64,000 nucleotides of DNA from Candidatus Bathyarchaeia archaeon (GTDB lineage: Archaea; Thermoproteota; Bathyarchaeia; Bathyarchaeales; Bathycorpusculaceae), in NCBI GenBank assembly GCA_037481775.1, contig JBBFKZ010000001.1, positions 64,001 through 128,000 of the forward strand, in the 5' to 3' direction. Both the position numbers and the translations under genes were made by a program. This document shows, one piece after another, positions 20,886-30,700 of this stretch. The notes under the pieces were generated by a model. The model ran no database searches and was not told the origin of the DNA. It was given only the letters and a program-made list of their open reading frames with translations. Each line of letters begins with the position of its first letter. Position 1 is the first letter of the stretch.

Positions 20886-22220
20886 CTACCTGAAATCTGT
20901 TGGAAAGCCTTTGCCCATGAAAGGTAGTTTCTTTTTACGTTTGAGCATTTTTAGCATTTTCCGCATTATAACATACTGCTTCAAAAGTTCTTTAATGTCT
21001 CTTTCGTTTGTTCCTGAGCCACGGGCTATACGCCTCACTCGTGACGCGTTTAAAATTTTAGGATTTTCTTTTTCTTCAGGACGCATAGACTGAATTATCA
21101 CACGCCACTTTTCAAGGCGGTTTTCAGCCGTGTTCAACATGTCCTCTGGTATGTTGTAAGACATGCCAGGTAACATGTTAAGGATTTTCCTGAACGGCCC
21201 CATGCTCTTTACGGCTTCAAACTGCTCGTACATATCGGTTAAGGTGAATTTGCCGCTGAGTATCGCTTTGGCTTTCTTCTCAGGAACTTTAATTTCTGCT
21301 TCGCGGACTTTCTCGAGAAGAGTTTCCAAATCACCCATGCCTAGGAGTCGACCGATGAAGCGTGAGGGTATGAAGGACTCGATGTCTTCGGTTTTCTCGC
21401 CTGTACCTATGAATTTTATAGGCGCACCTGTAGCTGCAACTGCGGAAAGAGCCCCACCGCCTCTGGCTGATCCATCTAATTTCGTCACTAATATTGCGCC
21501 TATGGGTGTTGCTTCATGGAAAGCTTTCGCTTGTATAAGCGCTTGTTGCCCAATTGTACCATCGATAACCAGAATAACTTCGTCAGGTTTGATTTTAGCC
21601 TCAAGGGTTTTCATTTCCTTGATTAGTTCCTGTTCCTCTTTATGGCGTCCTGCAGTGTCAACTATTATTAGATCTTTATCGCTGAACTGCTTTAGCCCTT
21701 CGAAAACCACTTTGACAGGATCTTTTGCCTTTGGGTCGCCAAATACTGGAATGTTGATCTGTTGTGCCAACTGTTGAAGTTGTGCGTACGCGCCAGGGCG
21801 ATAAGTATCTGCGCATATTAAGGCAGGTTTTAATCCTCTTTTCTGGAAGTACCGTGCAAGTTTAGCTGCTGCAGTGGTTTTCCCAGAACCTTGAATTCCA
21901 ACAAGCATTATTATTTTCTTTTTTCCAGGCTCCATTTTTATTGGAACAGGTTTGTCGCCTACAAAACGGGTTAATTCTTCGTAAACTACCTTTATCACGT
22001 GCTCCCGTCTTGAAATGCCGGGAGGAACTTTTTCTTTTAAGGCTCTTTCTTCTATTCGTTGAGATATCCCTAGGACAAGCTGAACGTTAACGTCAGCCTG
22101 TAGCAAAGATCTTTGGATGTCACGGACAAGTTCCTTTACAGTAGCCTCATCTATAACTGAAGCCTTGAAAACCTTCTTTAGCGCCTCGTAAAGAGAAGAG
22201 CCCAAGCGGTCTAAAGCCAT
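20886..22220 (-). CDS. srp54: Signal recognition particle protein SRP54
   Basis: GIQGSGKTT, DTAGRH, TKLDGSARGG, M domain SRVRRIARGSG. Confidence 0.97.
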   Translation of the reverse strand: MALDRLGSSLYEALKKVFKASVIDEATVKELVRDIQRSLLQADVNVQLVLGISQRIEERALKEKVPPGISRREHVIKVVYEELTRFVGDKPVPIKMEPGKKKIIMLVGIQGSGKTTAAAKLARYFQKRGLKPALICADTYRPGAYAQLQQLAQQINIPVFGDPKAKDPVKVVFEGLKQFSDKDLIIVDTAGRHKEEQELIKEMKTLEAKIKPDEVILVIDGTIGQQALIQAKAFHEATPIGAILVTKLDGSARGGGALSAVAATGAPIKFIGTGEKTEDIESFIPSRFIGRLLGMGDLETLLEKVREAEIKVPEKKAKAILSGKFTLTDMYEQFEAVKSMGPFRKILNMLPGMSYNIPEDMLNTAENRLEKWRVIIQSMRPEEKENPKILNASRVRRIARGSGTNERDIKELLKQYVIMRKMLKMLKRKKKLPFMGKGFPTDFR

Positions 22221-22283
22221 TTATGTTTCCAGCCTTAAGAAACAACTTAAAGCGGCTTTAAATAAATATATTGCAGCGAAAAG

Positions 22284-22345
22284 TGAAGCCTCAGCGCTTT
22301 TATTTCTTCACAATTCAGACGGCTCTTCATGCATCATTGGCTTCA
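22284..22345 (-). ncRNA. C/D-box guide sRNA
   Basis: Minus strand: stem TGAAGCC, box C ATGATGc, 12-nt guide, D' CTGA, C' GTGAAGA, 10-nt guide, D CTGA, stem GGCTTCA. Confidence 0.8.
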
Positions 22346-22389
22346 TGAACTATATGTTGGTTCAGAGAAATAAACTTTGTAAGTGAACG

Positions 22390-22782
22390 CTATTTTGTTC
22401 TAACGATTTTAACGCGGCCCATTATTTTCCAATACTCAACTTCTGTGCCTACGGCAAGCTTATCTTTCAGATCTTCTTCCTCGGGAATAGGGGCATCAAC
22501 GTACTCATATGTCTCTAAATCCATTATTTGGATGCTGTTTGGATTAATAGCAAATACTTGTCCCGGCCTCTTGTCGATAATTGGAATCTCTGCAGTGCTA
22601 TCCACGGGCTTAACGAACTGACGTTTCTGACCGTCAAAGATGCCGATGGCAACTATTCTGGCTTTGGCTGAACCGTGTTTTCCAGGTTTTGATTTGGTTA
22701 TGTCCACTATGCGGCATGGTTCATTATCGATAATCATGTAGCCGCCAACACGTAAACTTCCAACATCAACTGGTTTGCTCAT
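22390..22782 (-). CDS. eif5a: Translation factor aIF5A
   Basis: Hypusine motif SKPGKHGSAK. Confidence 0.97.
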   Translation of the reverse strand: MSKPVDVGSLRVGGYMIIDNEPCRIVDITKSKPGKHGSAKARIVAIGIFDGQKRQFVKPVDSTAEIPIIDKRPGQVFAINPNSIQIMDLETYEYVDAPIPEEEDLKDKLAVGTEVEYWKIMGRVKIVRTK

Positions 22783-22865
22783 ACACTCACCAAAGGTTTC
22801 ATTTACTCAAAGCAATTTTAAACAACATCCATATATAGCTTAAGGTAGCGCTATTTACTTCAGCG

Positions 22866-23714
22866 GTGAAAATATTGCTTAAAAGTGTGGGGCTAGTTGC
22901 CCGTTACGATAAGAAAAATGCAATAAAGCTTGTAGAAAAATTAACAGAACACCTTAGAAATAAGGGTTTAGAAGTGTACATAGAAGACACATTAGAAGGG
23001 AAAATTGACACAAATGCAAAGTTTAGCCCGCTTTCAAGCATGAAGACAGATTTTATAATAACGATAGGCGGCGACGGCACCATACTAAGGACGTGCATTG
23101 CCGCACCTAAACCTGAACCACCAATATTAGCCATTAACATGGGCGTGCGAGGCTTTCTAACGGAAGTAGAACCAAAAGACGCATTCATAGCTGTGGAAAA
23201 ATGCCTAAAAGGCGAGTATAAAATTGAAAAATGTTTCAAGCTTACAGTCTCTAGTGGAGAAGCACCAATGCCTGATGCTTTAAATGATGTTGTTATTTCC
23301 ACAGGGGAACCCGCAAAGGTACTCTACATGGAGATATTCAAGGATGATAAGCCTATTCTAAAATGTCAGGCAGACGGATTGATATTATCTACGCAGACAG
23401 GCTCCACTGGCTATTCGCTTTCGGCGGGAGGACCAGTCGTAGATAAAGAATTAGACGCATTCGTTTTAACGCCTATTTGCTCCTTGACAGTATTCCGATC
23501 AATAGTATTCCCAGCAGAGACAAGAGTCACTGTCAAAGTCATTAGACCACAAAAAATGCTGATCTTAATCGATGGAAACTACCGGCAAGTTGTAACTGCA
23601 AAAGAACCCACTTTGACAGTTACACGCTCCAAAAACATGAGTTCCTTCATTAGGTTCAAGGATGATTTCTATAGTCGTCTGCGAAGCCGATTATTGTTTA
23701 GGGGAATGGGATAA
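22866..23714 (+). CDS. nadK: NAD kinase
   Basis: GGDGT, ALND, DGLILSTQTGSTGYSLSAGGP. Confidence 0.93.
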   Translation: MKILLKSVGLVARYDKKNAIKLVEKLTEHLRNKGLEVYIEDTLEGKIDTNAKFSPLSSMKTDFIITIGGDGTILRTCIAAPKPEPPILAINMGVRGFLTEVEPKDAFIAVEKCLKGEYKIEKCFKLTVSSGEAPMPDALNDVVISTGEPAKVLYMEIFKDDKPILKCQADGLILSTQTGSTGYSLSAGGPVVDKELDAFVLTPICSLTVFRSIVFPAETRVTVKVIRPQKMLILIDGNYRQVVTAKEPTLTVTRSKNMSSFIRFKDDFYSRLRSRLLFRGMG

Positions 23715-23747
23715 AAAATTCAGAGCCGCAACCAAAGCAAGCGAGTC

Positions 23748-24257
23748 ATGATAATAGATACTTCAGCATTTTTAGCGGGCTTTGACCCTTTTTCAATAAG
23801 TGAAGATCAAGCTACAGTGCCCAAAGTCAGAGAAGAGATAAGAAGTAAATCGATGGAGGGAGTACGCTTCGAGACAGCTGTGGAAAACAGAAAATTAAAA
23901 GTCAAGGTGCCCTCCAAAGAATACTTAAATAAAGTAAAAACTTCCGCAAACAAGGTTGGTGACTCATTTTTCTTGTCAGAAACGGATATGCAGATTTTGG
24001 CTTTAGCCTTAGAGTTCAAGGCAGCAGGCTACATCCCTCAAATAGTGACGGACGATTATTCAATACAAAATGTTGCCACCAAAATGGGAATAGAGTTTGC
24101 ACCTCTTGCAACATTCGGGATTCGCCGCCTTCTGGAGTGGGTTAGATATTGCCCCGCATGCCGCAGAGAATACATGGCTGATTATAGTTCCACAAAATGC
24201 ACAGTTTGTGGAACTCTTCTTAAGAGAAAACCGCGAAAAATATCTAAAACCACTTGA
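23748..24257 (+). CDS. nob1: Nob1-like PIN endoribonuclease with Zn ribbon
   Basis: DTSAF, LSETD, TDDYSIQNVA, CPAC...CTVCG. Confidence 0.9.
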   Translation: MIIDTSAFLAGFDPFSISEDQATVPKVREEIRSKSMEGVRFETAVENRKLKVKVPSKEYLNKVKTSANKVGDSFFLSETDMQILALALEFKAAGYIPQIVTDDYSIQNVATKMGIEFAPLATFGIRRLLEWVRYCPACRREYMADYSSTKCTVCGTLLKRKPRKISKTT

Positions 24258-24407
24258 GTTCTGAAATCTGTTTTATCGTGGCATCAGTATCCTCTGCATT
24301 AACGTATAGCACCTTGTCAGGTAATAAAATCGAGAAAAAAGAAAGTTATTGGGTACATTTCCTTGGAATTAAAGCAGAGTAGCGAATGTAACGTAATGAG
24401 CGGGGAC

Positions 24408-26237
24408 CTACAGAAACGCAAGAAACAATATTAAAAACAGTCCTTCAGTCGCAAAAATTGGAATAAGTATGCGTTTTGCTCTTTGAAGAGCCTTATCAAC
24501 AAGCAATGATAACGTTTCTAATCGAGTCTTTCCGATCACTCTGACATTAGGCACAACGAAGCGGGTATATCCAGCTTTACAGTGTTCTAAGCGTGTTGAC
24601 GCTGCTTTTGCTGCTTCCTGGATGTAATTGATCAGGGTTTTATGGTTCATGATCTCTCCCACAGGATGGTAACCGCGACTACCTAAGACCACAGCACTTA
24701 CTGCATGTGTATCGGTTGTAAAAACTTCGCTCGCATGAAAACCTGAAGCCCTAAGAGCTGAAAGGATTTCTTCACGTAACCCGGAAACCATGTTGTTGCC
24801 GTCAATAATTATGTAGGCGGTTTTCTGTTCAGCTACCTTTACCACAATTGCTGTGATGCCACCAGGGCCCATTCCATCTTTCAAACCAAATTCTTTAGGG
24901 AAAACAGTAGCAGATCCGACTTCAAACGGGTAAGAAGGCAAAGCCACAGCTTTTTGAAGACATTGGGACGCAACCGTATGCAACGTGTCTAAAGACACCT
25001 CTTCATCAACTGAGTCATTGATACTGTTGTGGGCGTTTACGATTATGCTACATTCAATACCATATTTTTCTGCTTCTTCTCTAACTATTTGTCCTAACTG
25101 CTGCGGCAGATCTTCGGTAGTTTTTGGTGCAAGCGTGAAAGAAAGAAAAACTGCTTTCCCAAAAATTTGGCATGAGGCAGTAACAACGCCATCAGTAACT
25201 TTAACGAAGGGTGTTGCTCTATCAGCGACAGGCGAAACTAATTTTGCACCATTAATAACGTGACTTACTATTTTCTGATTCTGAACCTGTGAAGCTAAGT
25301 CAAGCTCATGACCAAGTATTCCTAGAGGTACACATGCGTCGCAACCAAACTCTTTTTCGAAATCCCGTTTAAGCATGGACGGTAGAAGACTGCTTCCAAT
25401 GTTCTTAAAGGGACCAGGATGAACAAGAGGCACTATAATCGCTGCTTTAGGCTTATAAGAGTCAAATTTTAAAAGCGTAACTTCAATGTCTTTATCTTCA
25501 CCCAATTTTTCGAGAAATTCCTCAAAGGGAAGATTGAGCCCGACCACCCAGTTGAGCATGAAAGCTCTGAAAAGAGGCATAGAGGGTAAGCCATACACGC
25601 GCTGCCCCAAACGATCAATGAGGAAAACAAAGACGAAAGCAGAAACGAATCCAACTATTGGCGAAATCGCCAAAAAAGGCAGAACCCTAAAAGTAAAGGC
25701 GCTATTAAGGGTATGCCAAAAAACCACAAATGAAGTGATGCAAGAAAACGGTTGAAGGAAGGAAGCAAATAATTGCTTTAAGATAGTCGATGAAGAAGTT
25801 GAAATGAATACAACTGCACGCAATGTCAGCACAGCGGCGAAGCCTAAAAGGCAGAGCTGAATCCACAACCATGGATTGAATATCATGCCGAATGCGACTC
25901 CGAGCAGAATGAAAATCAGCCAGAGAATCCAACAGTAAAGTGAGAGCGCAATTGTTCTTCTCAGAATATATATTGGGTCATTTCTTAAGATTATTCTGCT
26001 CGTTACATAATCAAATAGAAGGGTTATAGCGAAAAGTGAAGCGCCAAAAGAGATAACACTGAACAGCATTTCAAACGAAGGAAAAAGAGCAAAAGTAGAA
26101 AGCCCGATTACGCCCATGCAGATTGCCGCTATTGCGCCGATTGACCTTCGGAAAGAAGGAAGGAAAAACATGGAAGAGTAATGTTTCAGCGCCATATTCA
26201 TAGAGTGATTAAGTGGATCCCCATTTGACATATCCAT
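24408..26237 (-). CDS. DUF2070 family membrane protein
   Basis: About 6 N-terminal TM segments, HPGPF, HELDL, AHNS, DGNN, TTDTH. Confidence 0.85.
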   Translation of the reverse strand: MDMSNGDPLNHSMNMALKHYSSMFFLPSFRRSIGAIAAICMGVIGLSTFALFPSFEMLFSVISFGASLFAITLLFDYVTSRIILRNDPIYILRRTIALSLYCWILWLIFILLGVAFGMIFNPWLWIQLCLLGFAAVLTLRAVVFISTSSSTILKQLFASFLQPFSCITSFVVFWHTLNSAFTFRVLPFLAISPIVGFVSAFVFVFLIDRLGQRVYGLPSMPLFRAFMLNWVVGLNLPFEEFLEKLGEDKDIEVTLLKFDSYKPKAAIIVPLVHPGPFKNIGSSLLPSMLKRDFEKEFGCDACVPLGILGHELDLASQVQNQKIVSHVINGAKLVSPVADRATPFVKVTDGVVTASCQIFGKAVFLSFTLAPKTTEDLPQQLGQIVREEAEKYGIECSIIVNAHNSINDSVDEEVSLDTLHTVASQCLQKAVALPSYPFEVGSATVFPKEFGLKDGMGPGGITAIVVKVAEQKTAYIIIDGNNMVSGLREEILSALRASGFHASEVFTTDTHAVSAVVLGSRGYHPVGEIMNHKTLINYIQEAAKAASTRLEHCKAGYTRFVVPNVRVIGKTRLETLSLLVDKALQRAKRILIPIFATEGLFLILFLAFL

Positions 26238-26503
26238 AATGCACCAGTTAATTGATCGGTAATGGAATTAAAGTATGCCTATTAAAATTTAGCTGAAGTA
26301 CGGAAGTAATCTTTGCACCAGTTGATACATATTCTTTTATAATGTAGTAGAAGTTGCTTTAATTTTTTAACATAAAACAGTCAAAGAACAGGGCAAAATG
26401 TAAAGCTAAACTTGCACGTGAGTCATGGATTTAATCAATAATTACGGGAGCAAGGGCTTTATCTCTAAATCGCTAATTATAATGTTTCTGCGAAGTAAAG
26501 ACT

Positions 26504-26788
26504 ATGCCAGAACAAGAATTGCCACCTTCCATATTCTTAATGCTTGAAAAAAACCTGGGCAAGAAAATCAGGGTCATTTTAGACCCAACCTACGGGTTTG
26601 AAGGTACACTAGCAGCTGTGACTCGTGAGCCACCGACAATATGGCTTTCAGACGCTGAGGCAATTGTTCTAAGATCGACAATTGCCCAGCCCATACCTCA
26701 AGTTACAAGCCGCGAAGAAAGAAGCGAATTGTTCTTAAACCTTAATTCAGTTCAAAGAATAGAAGTTTTACATCCGCCGCGACGATAA
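26504..26788 (+). CDS. Divergent Sm/Lsm-fold-like protein
   Basis: LEKNLGKKIRVIL...FEGTL...IWLSDA...LFLNLNSVQRIEV matches the Sm1/Sm2 layout. Confidence 0.55.
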   Translation: MPEQELPPSIFLMLEKNLGKKIRVILDPTYGFEGTLAAVTREPPTIWLSDAEAIVLRSTIAQPIPQVTSREERSELFLNLNSVQRIEVLHPPRR

Positions 26789-26807
26789 AAGGTGACTAAA
26801 CAGCCGT

Positions 26808-26978
26808 TTAAACTGGGAAAAACACTTGAGCAAGCACAGACACTACTATTAGAGCAACCGCGAGAATCACTAGAAGCTCTGGTCTAATTTTGATGCCTTC
26901 AGTTTCTTCTTCAAAAAAGCGCAGTAAACCAGCGCTTGCAGCAGGCATCGGAGCAGCATCTTTCTTTTTCTTACTCAT
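26808..26978 (-). CDS. secG: Preprotein translocase Sec61beta/SecG (56 aa; below ORF-track cutoff)
   Basis: MSKKKKDAAPMPAASAGLLRFFEEETEGIKIRPELLVILAVALIVVSVLAQVFFPV. Confidence 0.92.
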   Translation of the reverse strand: MSKKKKDAAPMPAASAGLLRFFEEETEGIKIRPELLVILAVALIVVSVLAQVFFPV

Positions 26979-27155
26979 TCTCACTTACCTTGTTTGTTGG
27001 ATACTATTACAATTTTATTAGTTTTTCTTCTTTATTATTAATGTTGCGTATGCTGTTGAAAGTATATAGCAAAGAATCAGCTAAAACTAGTTTGCCGCTC
27101 TATCATACTGAAGTTTTAAACGATAGAAGCAGAATAAAAGGTGTAGCTAAAACGG

Positions 27156-27455
27156 GTGAGTAATATGCATATACGCGAGTTTCAAGAGATGATGCGCAGT
27201 TTATACTTTCGCAGAGATTATGAACGAGGCATAAAAGGCACATACAAATGGCTCACAGAGGAAATTAAAGAATTAGGAGAAGCGATTGAAGAAGGAAACA
27301 ACAGAGAAGCGATTGAAAAAGAGTTTGCTGACGTTATTGCGTGGCTAGCCTCACTTGCCAACATAACAAGTATTGATCTTGAAAGCGCCGCAATTAAAAA
27401 GTATAACTATAAATGTCCAAAATGCCAACAAGCACCCTGTAATTGCATTACCTAA
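27156..27455 (+). CDS. MazG-like nucleotide pyrophosphohydrolase
   Basis: WLTEEIKELGEA, EFADVIAWLASLAN, C-terminal CPKC..PCNC. Confidence 0.88.
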   Translation: MSNMHIREFQEMMRSLYFRRDYERGIKGTYKWLTEEIKELGEAIEEGNNREAIEKEFADVIAWLASLANITSIDLESAAIKKYNYKCPKCQQAPCNCIT

Positions 27456-27715
27456 TCGATTAAGCGCTTCTGACCCATACCTGTAAGCATCCAAAGTGTT
27501 GGTCGCTTGCCTTTTCGATTAACTATCTCTTCATTCTCGAGAAGCCGCAGATGATACATCACAGCCCCATAAGACAGGTGAATTTCGTTTGCTATGGAGA
27601 TTGTATCAGACTCACGGGTTTCTATTGCGTTTAGAATTTTTGTTCTAGCTATAAGCCCGCTTTTTACGTTTTTTACGCGCTGGAGATAAGCGTTCGGATG
27701 AAAAGCTTCTTTGAT
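27452..27715 (-). CDS. ArsR-like winged-helix protein, 87 aa, apparent ATC start (missed by ORF track)
   Basis: IKEAFHPNAYLQRVKNVKSGLIARTKILNAIETRESDTISIANEIHLSYGAVMYHLRLLENEEIVNRKGKRPTLWMLTGMGQKRLID; GGTGA 6 nt before ATC. Confidence 0.75.
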   Translation of the reverse strand: MKEAFHPNAYLQRVKNVKSGLIARTKILNAIETRESDTISIANEIHLSYGAVMYHLRLLENEEIVNRKGKRPTLWMLTGMGQKRLID

Positions 27716-27761
27716 AGCAGTTCACCAGAAATAAATATACAATCAATGTTGAAAAGCTTTC

Positions 27762-30700
27762 TTAAGCAAAGTCAACAAGGCTGACTTGCCGGGGTTTTTT
27801 GTTATCGAACATAAATTTGATTTCGTCTTTTATTAAGGCAATTCGCTGAGCATAATACTTTGGTAATCCATATTTATCAATCAATTGCTGTGCGGCTGCA
27901 AGATATTTTTCTATGCCACCACGATAAACCGTAAGTGTCAAGAGCCCACCGCAAAAAGGGCATCTACCAGACAAAGGCAAACGCCGAAAACGCTTGTTAC
28001 ATGACTTGCATCTAAATCCTTGCGTTGAGAAAGCACGCAAATTGCCAGAAATGTCTCGAAGGAAATGAGTTGTCAACACTTTTAAAGCAACACGCTTTAC
28101 ATCTACGGCCTCAATTTTTTCCCCTAAATCTAGTTGCATATTTAATTTTTCAATCATCGACTTAAACTGCTTATAAGAACTAACCGCGTTGCCAAGGTTT
28201 ATGTTCGAAATAGGCGTGGTAAATTTGAACCCTTCAAATTGTCCTTCGGTTCCAAGTCGGTGACTGATAAGGTCTATAATGGGGCTAATTTGTTTAGCGT
28301 CGACCTTTTCTAAAGTTTTTTCGTAAAATTCAAGTGGGTATGCGCCATCAACATCAAAGTCATGCGCTTGCCGCTGTACTTCCTTAGTGTTCACAAAAGG
28401 AATCAACAGCAAAGGAGCGTCCATAATGCCGCCTATTTGCGCGGGCAAGTAACTTCTGGAAAAGTTCAGCAATGTATCTAAAGCTAGCATCACAGCATCC
28501 TCATCGCCGTCACAGTCTCTGCGTTTAGCCGAATGCCAGATAGGGTGAGCATAACAAACATTGAGTTCAGTAAATCCAACAATGCGACCCAAGATGCCAA
28601 CGCAAGTATGCGGCGCCAAACCCATAATCAAATGACCAACCAAATCATCAACACTTTTAACGTTATAATACCTTGGGAGTGTGTAGACTTTTTCTAGAAG
28701 CTCATCTATGAAGTTTGCGACACGCATAAAGTACTCTGCGGCTTTCCGTGGAATTACAACATCTTGAATTTTAAGCTCACATACTTGTTCAGAATCAGTC
28801 AATGGAGAACCATACATATCAAAGGAATAACCCAGTTGCCTAAGCTTTTCAACAGACACTCCGACTTCAGCTGGTTTGAAATGTGTTAAGGGCGCATTGG
28901 TGGCGTCAAATCTAATTGTTCCGTCCTTATAGACTGACAAGCCATGTTTTGCGCGTAAAATACCCTTCTCAATAATTTCAGGAGTCTTATCTTCATTAGT
29001 TAATCCTTTAACACCCTTCAAAGTTTTCAGCGAAGAAACACCAAGCAAGCCACATGCGTCTTCAAGCAATTCCTTAAAATTAACTGTTTGCCGCTGATAT
29101 CCTACAGCACCAGCTTTACAAGTTGGGCAGGTGTTCTCCTTCAAAGTCCTGCCACACTGCGGGCAACACTTTTCGACGACAGTTTCACAGCCGCAAATAA
29201 CGCATTTCACTTTGAAAGTAAAAGCCTTGCAGTTAGGGCACTTACGTTTGATAATGTCGATAAAAACAGGCCCTTTTTTTGCTGCTTCTAAAAGGTCTCG
29301 GTGAGAGCCTCCAGCTAATCCTACTGGAAAAAGAGCATGTACCAGAGGCTTCATCTCTCGCCTCTTCGCCTTTTCAGGTCGCCCCATACGGGCACCCACA
29401 AAGGTAGGTGCCTTATCCCTGATTTCAACGCCAGAAAGCAGGCTAATTGCCTTCAGTACAGACGTATCTTTATCTTCAATTATTCGCGAAGTGCCATGGC
29501 CGAGGCAGAAAGCTAAGGCACAAGCATCATCGCCTTCAAGTATAATCTTGTTTTCTAAAAACTTGTGAGGAGCAAAGATTTTTCGCAGAATTTGAACGAC
29601 CTTTTGATCGATGGATCCAACAATCTTGCAAGCAAAATCGTCCTCAAGAGTTACTGCTGCATCGTTCAACCATTCTCTTAGCAACATAACTTCTTGGAAT
29701 GAGTCCAAATTTGACCAGAAAAACGTGTGACTAGGATGCAAAGGCACGTTAAAAGTTACAGCCAACATTATTGCTTCTCTCGCAGAGGGTTTTGTGAAAA
29801 AGGGTGATTCATAAAAAGCGCATAATTTTTCCTTTGAAATTTTAACAGCCTCAGCAGCTTTTGTTAAGTCACCGCCGAATCTTTCGGTAAGAACCTTCTT
29901 TAAGTCTTTAGCCCACCATTCTTCAACATAACCCGAAGGAGAAAGCCCCTTGCTAGTGTAAAGGAAATCGCCAAAGCTAATTAAGATGTCACCTAAAAAC
30001 AAAATTTTCTCAATCTTGTCCTTTATAGAGTCAAAATTTTCAAGGGAAACACGCACAACTGAACCATCATTCAATAAAACGATTGGAGGTTCAAGACTGT
30101 CTACAGGCACTGTGATTCCGCCTTTACCAGGAAGCTCAAGCCGCATTTGTGTGCCAGCAGCAAGAAAACGTTCCACCACAAGCATAGTAGCGGGGTGGAT
30201 TCCCACAGCGGAAAGTCCTGTGTTTCGAGCGCGACCATATCTAAGCCGGAAGCCTCCGCGTCTAGATGGGAAAGAGAAAATGGGGCGGCCAGCAATTACG
30301 TCGTCCATAAATCCGGCAGATTTTTTTTCTGATTTCTTTCGGAACTCCCGAAGCCAATCCCAGCCTTGAAAGCCAAGCTTTTCGATTATAGCTAAAACTT
30401 TCGGGGCACGCCCTACTACACCATCGTTGACAACTCGCAAAGCCCCTCCTCTTACGCGATTAGTCTCGATTCTTTCAAGATTTCTGAAGGAGGAAACTTC
30501 TATGGGATCAGATTCAGTGCCTGTCACCTCAACAGGAAGCCACTCAAGGGCTTTTTTTAATTCTTCATCAGAAACATGATATTGAAAACGCCCTACTGAG
30601 CGTTCATATAATCTTAGCTCCTCAAGAAAACGAGAAATTTCTTCCGCCGTAGGCTTATAGCGCTCAAGCCCCAGCAAGCGACGCACAAAATCTCCAACAA

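Noticed and set aside
26240-26323. TGCACCAGTT repeated twice upstream of DUF2070
   Set aside because: Only two copies, one being the RBS region; no further support
26936-27163. 75-aa plus-strand ORF
   Set aside because: Overlaps the real Sec61beta gene and its promoter on the opposite strand
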